From Squalus acanthias (taxonomy: Eukaryota), in NCBI GenBank assembly GCA_030390025.1, contig CM059436.1, forward strand, positions 30,380,001 through 30,444,000: 64,000 nucleotides of DNA, written 5' to 3'. Positions 38,801-49,887 of the stretch are shown in pieces (positions within the stretch are counted from its first letter, which is position 1; every line of letters starts with the position of its first letter). A program made the position numbers and the translations under genes. The notes below the pieces were generated by a model. It was given only the letters and a program-made list of their open reading frames with translations. It was not told where the DNA came from and did not search any database.

Positions 38801-39910
38801 GTACATAACCACTTGTGTTCATCATTCAACTTCCTATAGCTGATGATATAGTGACATCTCCTTTATTAAATGGAGTACTGAATACACAAGAAGTTCATGA
38901 TGTTTGATTAAAATTAACCAAGTTTAAAATTTCACTTGAACGGTACTGGAGGGCAGTTGGTACCTTTCATAAACTTTAGATAATGTGGCAAACAACAATT
39001 GGCATTCACACACAACCTGTGACACTGCAGGGAATTCTCCTGTGCACATTGTATGTATACTATATAACGCAAGCACAAGTTGGTACTGTATTACATGTTT
39101 TGTCTACAAATTTTGGCAGATATGGGGAGGAGGGCATAATTTTTTTTTAGAAATAAGAGCAGTACAAGTAAGTTGTGGAACAACAACAAATGCTAAAATT
39201 AGCTAAGGTGAAGAGAATGGAGATGAGACGAAGAGCAGAGAGCGAATAACATTGAAACAGAGTCCGATGCAATGTAACAGAGATCAAGGAACAGACATTT
39301 CAGAAAACACCCAAAGAACAGAGCCAGGTTGAAAGAGGCATTAAATTTCCATTGAGGTTCTCAAGCTTGTCTGTTGTAATTTTGGTGGAAATCTGTGGCA
39401 GCTCTGGAGAAGCCATGAGGGTGAATTTCTGCAGGGGTCTCCTGGTCATCCACCACAATTAGAAGGAATAAAAAGGAATATGAAAAATGTAGGAGGTTTG
39501 GCAAAGTGAGGAGGACGATAAAAGACTTCAGGAAAACATACAAGTTAGCAGAACGGGCAGACAGGTGGCCGAGCCAATTTAATGCTCATATGTTTGAGGT
39601 AATGTATTTTGGGAGGGAAGAAAGGAACCAGGAATGGGAGTACACACTTAATAGTAAGGCATGGAAGGGTGTAGATGAACAGAAAGACCTTGAGGGTTCA
39701 AATACATAATTCCCTGAAAGTCAGAGCACAAGTAGATAAAGCTATTTAAAAAAGCCCAATGGCATTTTGGGTTTTATAAATAGAGGTATAGAGTATAAGG
39801 CTAAAGAAATAATTAAATTTATGCAAGCCTTTGGTTAGGCTGCAGTTAAAGTACTGTGTGGACTTTTGGGCACTTTATTATAGAAAGGACATTAAAACCA
39901 TAGAAAGTGT

Positions 39911-40617
39911 ACAACAACAACTTGCATTTATATAGCGCCATTAACATAGTAAAACGTCCCAAGGCACTTCACATGAGCATTATCAAACACAATTTGACAC
40001 CGAGCCATATCAGGAGATATTGGGACAGATGACCAAAAGCTTGGTCTGAGAGGTTTTAAGGAGAGGGGTGGAAAGGTTTAAGGAGGGAATTCCAGAGCTT
40101 GGGGCCTTGGCAGCTGAAGGCATGGCCGCCAATGGTGTGGAGCAATTAAAATCAGGAATGCGCAAGAGGCCGGAATTGTAGGGACGCAAAGATCTTGGAG
40201 GGTTGTAGGGCTGGAGGAGGTTACAGAGATGGGGAGGGGCAAGGCCATGGAGGGATTTGATAACTAGGATGAGCATTTTAAAATTGAGACGTTGCATGAC
40301 CAGGAGCTGATGTAGGTCAGCGAGCACAGGGGTGATGAGTGAACGGCACTTGGTATTGAGTTAGAATACAGGCAGCAGAGTTTTGGATGAGCTCAAATTT
40401 AAGGAGGGTGGCAGATGGGAGGGCAGCCAGGAGAGTGTTGGAATAGTCAAGTCTAGAGGTAACAAAGGCATGGATGAGGGTTTCAGCAGTAGATGAGCTG
40501 AGGCAGGGACGGAGTTGGGCAATGTTACGGAGGTGGAAATAGGCGGTCTTGGTGATGGAGCAGATATGTGGTCAGAAGCTCATTCCGGGGTCAAATATGA
40601 CACCAAGGTTGCGAACA
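39911..40617 (-). mobile_element. L2 LINE 3' portion
   Basis: Minus ORF LADLHQLLVMQRLNFKMLILVIKSLHGLAPPHLCNLLQPYNPPRSLR (L2 ORF2 C-terminus) and a (TTG)n-type tail. Confidence 0.85.
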
Positions 40618-40771
40618 TAGATTCACCAAAATAATACCTGGGATGGGACACTATAATTATGAGGAGAGACTTGAAATGCTAGCAGTATTTCCACTAGAGC
40701 ATAGAAGGCTAAGAGGAGATTTGATAGAGGTTTTCAAAATTGAAAGGTTTTGATGGAGTGAATAGGGAAAT

Positions 40772-41547
40772 ACTGAGGATTTTGTGAATGGAGGCGGGAC
40801 TGCTGCTTGTCGGGTCGATGTCCCGCCTCCATCGATTTGTGGCCAACCCACGCTATTTCCCCTTGATTTGGCTTAGCAGGCCAATTAAGGGAAAGCCAGT
40901 TGCATAGCACGTCAACGTATGACGTTTCATCTGTCAAATTTTTGACATGAATTTTCATCGTTTGACAGCTCTGTGAAGCTGTCAAACAGTGACAATCTCT
41001 GCAGTTTGATGAGGTCTTGCATACAAGACCTCATCAACCTTCTTTTACAGAATTGAGATGTTTGTATCTGAGAATGCAACGGCCATCTCTCATCTGCAAC
41101 ACGGAGGTGCGAGACTCTCCACATAGAAACCGACTGAAGCCTGCAGGAAGAAACAAAGGTAAGTACACTTTTAAAAACACTTGGCACTTACCTCAGATAC
41201 TCACCTCTACACTCTTGCACCCATCACTTACCTTCACACCACACTTTTGCACCCCCCCGACCCCCGCAGACCCAGTACTCGCCTCGCTGAACTGACTGGT
41301 TTTGGAGCCTTCGGGAAGCCTGCACTTGAGGGCAAAAAGGGGATAATCCTATTTTCTGCCTGTTAACTACCTGTTAAAAGGCAGTTAATAGGCTTTAATC
41401 CCTTCCCGCCTCCAAGGAGCCGGGACCCGGCGCAGGACGGCAACCTGCCTCCTGGGAAGATGGCATGGAGGCGGGTTTGCCACCCGCCCCCAAAATCTGC
41501 CATTTTCCCGGCAGTCCCGCCTCCCCAGGGCTGGCAAAATCGCCCCC
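40772..41547. mobile_element. Harbinger-like MITE
   Basis: Perfect 14-bp inverted repeat GGAGGCGGGACTGC (40790-40803) / GCAGTCCCGCCTCC (41511-41524); right end CAAAATCGCCCCC; interrupts a CR1. Confidence 0.6.
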
Positions 41548-42563
41548 AAGATTTCCTTTGGTTGGAGAGTCAGTGATGGGGAGGGGGTTATCAATTTAAA
41601 AGTATTGCACAGTGAATAATTGGAGAAACTTTTTTACACTGAGGGTTGTTGGAACATAGAATTATTAGCCAAAGCGAGTTGTTGAGTCCGAGGCAAGTGT
41701 AAAATTGGATAAATATTTAAAACCGGAAGATAAAAGGCTAGGGAAATAGCAGGATAGTGGGATTCATATTGCATTGTTTTAGTCAAGAGCTGGCACAGAC
41801 ATGATTAGCAGAATGCCCTCGTTTTGTGCTGTAAACTTCTATTGGCTCTGCGGCTGTCTGTGCTGTCGGTCAGCAATTGGTGTGTGGTATGGGGGTAGCA
41901 CCCTAAAAGGGAGAAAAATAATTTAAAGAATTGGGGAAAAGCAAACATCGTTTGTACATTTTGAAAATAATGAAGGTTGGTGTCTCTTGTTGACACCTAT
42001 AGCAGGGACCTGTTTTCAAAAAGTTGGTCAAACAGGAAATGTTAATTTGGCTAATTTTATATAACAGCAGTTCTGACCAAATATAGAATGAATATTCTCA
42101 AAAGAATGCATGTTTCAAAACCGCATGTTAAAGAAACTTTCAATACTAAATCAGTTCCTGGGGAACAATGGTTGGCCAGAGGCTATTTTTATGAGGTTGC
42201 TGTAGGGCAAAAAAAGGAATGGTTTAATATACTAATTATGAAAAGAAGCAGTTGCTATACATTTAATCACTATGATCATTCTAAATTTTACATATATAAA
42301 TTTGTTTGAAAGTTTTTATTGTTCATTTAATCGTCAATATTCTTTAAATATACTAGTAAACTGCTTTATATTCTGTCTACTTTTTCATTAACATTAGCAA
42401 TTGAGGGAATAAACACCCAAATGTTACTTGCATTTAGAATCTGTGAGCAACACACAGGAGGATAAACCAGTTAAAGAAGTTAAAGCAGAAAAGTAGAAGA
42501 GCAGAATATTTAGGGAATTGGGAAGAAGAATGGGAGAAGCAATGACTGAGCAAGCAGAATTAA

Positions 42564-42750
42564 AGGGCTGGTTTTTAACACTTCCTATTGGGTGGGAAGC
42601 GGGTGGCGGCAGCAGGTGGCCCGCTTGTCTTACGCCCCGCCTGATTTTCCCTTCCATCGGGTGGGGTGTAAAACCGGAGACAGTCCCCCCACCTCCCCAC
42701 CCACCCCAGTGGGAACAGTACAAATTGACTCCGGTATTTAAAATTTCTTA
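42564..42750. mobile_element. MITE fragment related to the 33941 family
   Basis: Starts GGGCTGGTTTTT with GGCGGG/CCCGCC motifs. Confidence 0.4.
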
Positions 42751-44261
42751 AATTTTACTTTTGTAGTTTAGATTTATTAGTAAAAAAACTATTTTTGACA
42801 TTTCACGTGATTGCTGAAATATTAATGTTTGTTTCAGTGTAACAATGCACGAGTTGAAAGCTTACAAAACAAACTGGTCCAGAAAAAATTCTCTAGTCCG
42901 GCCTTCCTCTTTAGAACATTTCAATGATGTAAAAAAATTCTCATAATATATATCGTCTGCAAATATATCCATAATGAGTTAGATGGATTGGGTTCCTATC
43001 ATCTAATCAAAACAACAGAGGTAACCACAATTTATAATGTTTTAATTTATTAAAGCTAATCTTTGGTATTTTAGTGAAAGTATGGTTTAAACAAATATTT
43101 CCCCTCCCACCATATGGGTTGAATAAAATAGGCAAGTGTCACCACGCACAGCCTTCCTGAACCCAGCTTAACATTGCCTATTGCAGACTTTACTCCTTAG
43201 AGAAGCTCTCCTAATCCTACCAGACGACACACTTTGTGATGTCTGGAGCAGCAGGAATTTCTGTCAGCAGCTGTACTGCTGGTCACTGTGTGCCATTTCT
43301 GTATTTGCAGAGAAGGTTTAAAAAAAAAATCCTCACTTGCCACACTGCCAACTTCCTGCATGGCTAATTTGGCCTTTTTTTCTGTTTTAAATAAAGAGTC
43401 CAAACTGTCCTGTTTCAATTTTCTTAATTCTACATTCACCAGCTGCATAAAATTTGAGCCTCCTGCTACCTTTCCTTCCTCTTATCTTCCGGTGTTTAGT
43501 ACAGCACCATCTGCGGCACATACAGGATGTGAAAAGTTTAGCAGAAATGAAAGCAATACCTAAGCAATATCATAAATCAAAATGATCAAGATCTCTAAAT
43601 ATCATCAGGTTAAATATCCAATGCTTACCATTCAAGGACCCAGATTTTTGTGGGATGTAAGAGAGTGGGAATGAATTGGTGAGTTATGTAGAAGATCTGG
43701 AATGTAGATGAGGATTTGGCACAAAAGAGAATGTAGGCAGGATCCGTGGCAAAATGAGGAAAACTGAATAAGATCTAGCCTGAGATAGAATTCAGTATGA
43801 GATATGGAATGTAACGGTGATAAATGTGAAATGGAAGGTATGATTGTGATATTAAATGTAAGATTCAGTGTGAGATGTGCTTCATGGGAGTGCTATTATC
43901 CCAATAATTTCTTAAATGGTGGTCGGAGTATAATTTAGCTTTTTGTAGTTCAGCATCAATTGTGTGGTATACATGAATTGTATGTTTTATACGGAACATT
44001 ACTTCATATTGCTTCCTTACTTTGCCAGCTGTGCACATAACTTTAACCTTCAAAAACTCATTTCTGTGTTTCCCTTTAACGCTTGTATTGACATCTTATT
44101 TGAAATCATTTTTGTTGTCTTTTTCTTCCAGGGATATTTTTTCATCCTGTTACGCAGGGAGCACTTGACCAGGTCAGGTTTTCCAAGCCCCTTGGGCACC
44201 TTCAGAATCTTTCACTGTTCGTACAAATAGAGGCAGACACCCTGCTGACCTCCAAGTCAAA

Positions 44262-44395
44262 TGCTGATATAAAATCAGAAAAGGCTAGAAAATGCACAGC
44301 TGCTCAGACCGCACCTGAAAGCAAAAAGTTTCAGGTAGAACCCTTCATCACAAAGGTCTGAGGAAAGTTCCCAACCAAAACAATAACTTTTTTTA
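44262..44395. mobile_element. decayed short inverted PLE-pLTR remnant with hammerhead-like core
   Basis: Minus strand 44326-44351 reads GUGAUGA-AGG-GUUCUA-CCU-GAAACUU; a degenerate plus-strand counterpart CTGAGGA...CCAAAAC follows. Confidence 0.4.
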
Positions 44396-44854
44396 GAGGC
44401 AGATTTAAGGAACATGCTATGAGCTTTATAAAGGCACTAATATGCTGCTCTTTAATACTTTAGTTACACTTTAGTATAGAGGGAAATTAGTTTACAAAAT
44501 ATTCTGTGTGAAGAAAGGACATTTTTATTTTCAATGAAAATTTATAGTTAGTGAAACTAACTGAATATTATCCAGAAACAAACACACTTTAAATAACTTC
44601 CTCATAATGAACAAAGAATATTTTCTGAACCTTCCACAAGCTATAAATATCGCCACCCCCATTAATTATTTTTCCTAAGTTGTATAAATATAGAATAGCG
44701 TGAGAATACAAAACTGCAATCTAATTGAGTTCAGATGATGTAATGAAGCCTGAGAGCAAAGTTTGAGAAAATATGCAGTTGCTTTTATATTTCAGTGCCA
44801 GTTTTAGGAGAGGGCTAATATAGCAGTCTCCTGGTGGCACTATTCCCTATCAGT

Positions 44855-45200
44855 TGTCAGCCATGGCTCAGTGGTAGCACTCTCGCCTTGAAGTCAGAAG
44901 GTTGTGGGTTCAAGTCTCACTCTAGAGACGTGAGCACAAAATCTGGGCTGACACTCTGAGGTGGCGTCTTTCGGTTAAGACAGTAACCCGAGGCCCTGTC
45001 TGCCCCCTCAGGTGGACGTAAAAGATCCCATGGCACTATTGTGAAGAAGACATGGGGAGTTATCAGTGTGATATCACTATCACATCGTTGTTTGTGGTAC
45101 CTTGCTCTGTGCAAATTGGCTGCCGTGACTACACTTCAAAAGTACTTCATTGGCTGTAAAGCGCTTTAGGATGTTCTGAAAGGCGCAATATAAATTTCTT
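44855..45200 (+). mobile_element. near full-length Deu-domain SINE (SacSINE1-like)
   Basis: A-box TGGCTCAGTGG, B-box GGTTCAAGTC, Deu-like core and L2-like 3' tail AAGGCGCAATATAAAT. Confidence 0.8.
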
Positions 45201-45542
45201 ATTTCCCCTTCTACCCACTGTTGTTCCTCATTATGCACCAGGCAGAAAAAGATGGCATATCCGTTCGCAGCTCTTGAAACCCATGGGAAAAAAAAAGCCT
45301 CCACTACTACCGGACAAGGGGGTCGGCAAGTCTGTGTTACTATCAGCAGTCCTGCGAGAGAATTTGCCATCAATTGTAGTTTGTAAATATAAAGTTGGCT
45401 TAAAATTATCAGCATTGTAGTACGAAAGGAAAGAAATCTGAAATAGAATTGACAATGTTGGGCATACAGCAGGACAGCCAGTGTTCGAAAGGGAAAGACA
45501 AGTTAACATTTCAGGTGAGACCCAGAGTCAGAACGATCGTGT

Positions 45543-45782
45543 TGTGGCGGATCGCCACCTAAAACGGGCATAATCCACTCTTCCGTCTGTGGACAAATTT
45601 CCAGCACCTTCCCTTTATGGCACCTTACCTTTAAGGCAGGAGGGGGGCGGGGCCTCAGGTTTTACCCAGAGAATTCTGGGAGCTTTTCGGTTCTGCCATT
45701 TTGTGCCATGCTGTGATTAAAAAGTCTCTTGTTTAACACAAATGGATTCAGCCTTAATTCGTGTTTCGCGGCAGCCTCAACA
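45543..45782 (+). repeat. 5' LTR (240 bp)
   Basis: TGTGGCGG...CCTCAACA; differs from the 3' LTR by one substitution and one 1-bp indel in a G run. Confidence 0.96.
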
Positions 45783-45783
45783 T

Positions 45784-45797
45784 TGGTGACCCCGACG
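45784..45797 (+). promoter_or_regulatory. primer-binding site complementary to the tRNA-Trp 3' end
   Basis: TGGTGACCCCGACG is the first 14 nt of the tRNA-Trp PBS TGGTGACCCCGACGTGAT. Confidence 0.9.
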
Positions 45798-45822
45798 CTC
45801 AGGACGTATTCCGAGCACTGCA

Positions 45823-48800
45823 ATGGCGGACACGAACGCAGTTTCCGTGAAACTGCCGGAGTTTTGGGAAAACCAGCCCGAAGTCTGGTTTCTCCAAGCT
45901 GAATCTCGCTTCCGGCTGCAAAATATCACCGCAGATGGGACGAAGTACGACTATCTCGTCACATCACTCGGTAGCACTGCAGTTTCCAAGGTTTGGACAA
46001 CGCTGCAGAACCCACCAGAGGAAGGCAAGTATGCACATCTTAGGACAGCGCTCCTTAAAAAATTTACGGCCTCGGCATATCAGCGAAACTGCCACCTCCT
46101 CGACCTTCTAGGCCTCGGTGATGCCTCACCGTCAGACCTCCTCTCCCACATGCTCTCCCTCACCGACGAGAGCCCACCCGGATCCCTCTTCCGCATGCTG
46201 TTCATCCGCCAGCTCCCTCTCAGCATCCGCCCAGCGATCGTGGCGTCCGGCCTCACGAACCTGGAAGCCCTGGCCGATGAGGCCGACAAGCGGCTGTCCG
46301 CTCACTCCAGCCGCGACGTCACTCCGGACCTGGCAGCCAATGCCTGGGCGTGTCCCTCACCGGCCAGCACGCAGCCACAAGGGCCTGTCACCAGGCCCAC
46401 GGGGCCTTCACGCCCCACTAACCCGGGCCACTGTTACTACCACGCACGGTTCGGCGCCAGGGCACAACGGTGCACACCTCCCTGCTCTTTCAAGTCCGCC
46501 CCCGCGATGGCCATGGGCCACGCGGGCTCCCTGCTGTTCGTCACGGATGACAAAACCGGCCGCCGGTTCCTGTGCGACACTGGGGCTCAGCACAGCATCA
46601 TCCCGGCCTCCTCCCTCGACATCCAAAAGGGCGAACGAGGACCGGCGCTGGCTGCTGCTAACGGCTTGGAAATCCGGACGTATGGCACCCGGACAGTCAC
46701 CCTCGACCTCGCTGGTCACCGCTACCGATGGGAGGTCATCACTGCCAAGGTGCTCTCCCCCCTCATCGGCGCAGATTTCCTGTGCGCCCACGGCCTACTG
46801 GTAGACATCCCTCGTCACCGCCTCGTGGACATGAACACCATGTCCCCTATCCTGGGCGCCATGGCTCCCCGTCAACCCGCCGACATGGCGTCACAGTGCC
46901 ACGCCCGGGCCACGGATGACTACTCAGCACTCCTGGCCGAATTCCCGGCCCTTACCAATCCGATCTTCTCCGCGGAGGCCGCCAAACACGGGGTGGAACA
47001 CTTCATCCCCACCACAGGCCCCCCAGTGTACGCCCACGCCCGCAGGCTGGACCCGGCCAAACTGGAGATCGCGCGGACCGAGTTTGCCACCATGGAACAG
47101 CTCAGCATCATCCGCCGCTCCAACAGTCCCTGGGCCTCCCCACTCCACATCGCCCCCAAACCAGGCGGAGGTTGGCGCCCCTGCGGGGATTACCGCCGCC
47201 TCAATGACGCCACCACCCCTGATCGGTACCCCGTGCCGCACATTCAGGACTTCTCGGCTAGACTGGCCGGCCGCTCAGTCTTTTCCAAGGTCGGCCTGGT
47301 GCGCGGCTACCACCAAGTCCCCGTCCACCCCGCAGACGTCCCCAAGACGGCCGTAATCACCCCCTTCGGCCTGTTCGAGTTCCTGCGGATGCCCTTCGGC
47401 CTCAAAAACGCAGCCCAGGCATTCCAACAGCTCGTGGACTCGGTCCTTCGGGACCTGAAGTTCCTGTTCGTCTACCTGGACGACATCCTGGTAGCCAGTT
47501 CCTCCAAGCAGGAACACCTCGAACACCTTCGCATCCAGTTCGGGCGCTTCAGCGACCACGGGCTCATCCTCAGCCCAGCCAAATGCCAGTTCGGCCTGGA
47601 CAAGATCGACTTCCTCGGCCACCACATCACCCATGCTGGGGCCATTCCCCTGCCCACCAAGGTGCAGGCCATCCAACAATTTCCCCGCCCCACCACCATC
47701 AAAGGCCTCCAGGAGTTCCTCGGGATGGTGAATTTCTATAACCGCTTCATCCCCAAAGCGGCGTCCCTCATGAGGCCCCTGTATGAAGCCCTCCGGGGCA
47801 GGAGCGGCAAGATGGCGGTCGAATAGACGGCAGACGCGTCTGCCGCCTTCGATTCCACCAAGACCGCGCTCGCCAATGCCACCCTGCTCGCGCACCCACG
47901 GCCCAATGCCAGGGTAGCGCTCACCACGGACGCCTCCGACCACGCGGTCGGCGCTGTGTATGAGCAGTGGGTCGACGGCGCCTGGCAACCACTTGCCTTC
48001 TTCAGCCGCCAACTATGCCCCCCGGAGGTCAAGTACAGCACCTTCGACCGCGAGCTCCTCGCGCTGTTCCTGGCGGTCCGCCATTTCCGGTTTTTGCTTG
48101 AGGGCCACCCCTTCACTGCATTTGTCGACCACAAGCTCTGACATTCGCAATGGCAAAGACAACCGACCCCTGGTCCGCCAGGCAGCAGCGCCAGCTCGCG
48201 GCAGTGTCCGAGTTCACCACGGACATCCAACACGTCTCCGGTCGAGACAATGTGGTAGCCCACTGCCTCTCCCGCCCCGCCATCCACGCTGCACACCTAG
48301 CAGTTGACTACGCTCAACTCGCAGCAGACCAGATCACCGACCCTGACCTGCTCTCCGCACCCACCAACCTACCAGGGCTACGCCTGGCCGACGTCCGACG
48401 TCGCCTGTGGCCCGACCGCTGTCACGGTCAAGTGCGACATATCCCTATGTCAACCTCGGCCCGTAGTCCCAGCGTCCTGGTGCCGCCGGGTATTTGACGT
48501 TCTCCACAACCTCTCCCACCCCGGCACCCGCGCATCCATCAAATTGGTAGCCAACCGCTTCGTCTGGTGAGGCCTTCGCAAGGATGTGCGTACTTGGGCC
48601 AACTCCTGCCTAGCCTGCCAACGGCTAAGGTACAGCAACACACGAAAGCACCCCTCGAGGAGTTTACCGTCCCCTCGCGGAGATTCGACCACATCCACGT
48701 GGACATCGTCGGGCCCCTGCCGCCGTCGCAAGGCCACACGCACTTGCTGACCATCGTTGACCGCACCACACGCTGGCCTGAGGCAATTCCACTGACCTCT

Positions 48801-49628
48801 ACCACCACCGCCGACATCGCCAGAGCCTTCGTCAGCACCTGGGTCGCACGGTTCGGCGTCCCCTCCGACATGACGTCGGACAGAGGTCCGCAATTTACCT
48901 CTGAACTCTGGACCGCCGTTGCACGCAATCTCGGGGTGACCATTCACCGCACCACAGCGTACCACCCCCAAGCCAACGGACTGTGTGAGCGGTTCCACAG
49001 ATCCTTGAAGGCATCTCTTCGAGCCAGCCTCCAAGACGGCACCTAGACCGACCGACTTCCGTGGGTCCTCCTCGGCCTGCGCACCGCGGTTAAAGAAGAC
49101 CTCCACGCATTGGCAGCAGAGCTCGTGTACGGTCAGCCGCTGCGCGTACCCGGCGAGGTCCTGCCCACCGCCACGACACCCTGGTCAGCCGACCAGCAAC
49201 GCCACGACTTCGTCTCACCGACGCTGCAGTTCGCCCCGGTGCCCATTGCCCGACACGGCGAATCCACCTCACACGTCCCACTAAGCCTGCACCAGGCACG
49301 GTTTGTTTTCGTCCGGCATGACGCCCACCGCGGACCCCTTCAACCCCCGTACGATGGGCCCTACAAGGTGCTACAGGCTGGGGACAAATTTTTCACCCTG
49401 CAAGTGGGCGACAGGACCGAAAAAGTGTCGGTTGACCGACTCAAGCCAGCACACTCGGAGCCCGGTGAGCAGGTCCCTGTAGCTCGTCCACCTCCACGCG
49501 GCCGACCTGCCCTCAAGCCGGTTCACCCGGCTGCTCCACGCCCGGCTGTTCCACGTCCACCGGCGTCCTACAAGAGCCGCTCCGGCCGGCCCATCAGACC
49601 GCCGCACCGTCTCGTCCACACCTCCTAA
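45823..49628 (+). pseudogene. gag-pol polyprotein, disrupted
   Basis: Open 45823-47826 (gag, protease LCDTGA, RT YLDD). RNase H (TDASD, YSTFDRELLA) and integrase (HVDIVGP, SDRGPQFTS, ERFHRSLK, GPY) follow in broken frames. Stops at 47824, 48568 and 49044; frameshifts near 48138, ~48400 and ~48620. Confidence 0.93.
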
Positions 49629-49637
49629 GCGGATTCT

Positions 49638-49645
49638 GGGGGGAG
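49638..49645 (+). promoter_or_regulatory. polypurine tract
   Basis: GGGGGGAG ending 3 nt before the 3' LTR. Confidence 0.8.
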
Positions 49646-49648
49646 CTG

Positions 49649-49887
49649 TGTGGCGGATCGCCACCTAAAACGGGCATAATCCACTCTTCCGTCTGTGGAC
49701 AAATTTCCAGCACCTTCCCTTTAAGGCACCTTACCTTTAAGGCAGGAGGGGGCGGGGCCTCAGGTTTTACCCAGAGAATTCTGGGAGCTTTTCGGTTCTG
49801 CCATTTTGTGCCATGCTGTGATTAAAAAGTCTCTTGTTTAACACAAATGGATTCAGCCTTAATTCGTGTTTCGCGGCAGCCTCAACA
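49649..49887 (+). repeat. 3' LTR (239 bp)
   Basis: Near-identical direct repeat of 45543-45782. Confidence 0.96.

Larger units (their letters stand above)
39470..41840 (+). mobile_element. old CR1 fragment interrupted twice (by L2 at 39911-40617 and a MITE at ~40772-41547)
   Basis: CR1 coding sense is continuous across both breaks: ...AGAAAGTGTACA | TAGATTCACCAAAATAATACC and ...GTGAATAGGGAAA | ATTTCCTTTGGTTGGAGAGTC. Confidence 0.65.
45543..49887 (+). mobile_element. Ty3/Gypsy LTR retrotransposon, CsRn1/Kabuki/Boudicca-like clade, full length 4345 bp
   Basis: TG...CA LTRs, 4-bp TSD GTGT (45539-45542 / 49888-49891), tRNA-Trp PBS, PPT, gag with CHCC knuckle (CYYHARFGARAQRCTPPC), domain order PR-RT-RH-IN. 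Confidence 0.96.

Noticed and set aside
47824-47826. TAG as a programmed read-through between RT and RNase H
   Set aside because: It falls at an expected Trp in the RT connection region, not at the gag-pol boundary, and further frameshifts follow.
46080-49664. Many overlapping ORFs of 60-245 aa in alternative and antisense frames of the Gypsy interior, including a possible env
   Set aside because: High GC depletes stop codons, and pol ends 20 bp before the 3' LTR, leaving no room for env.
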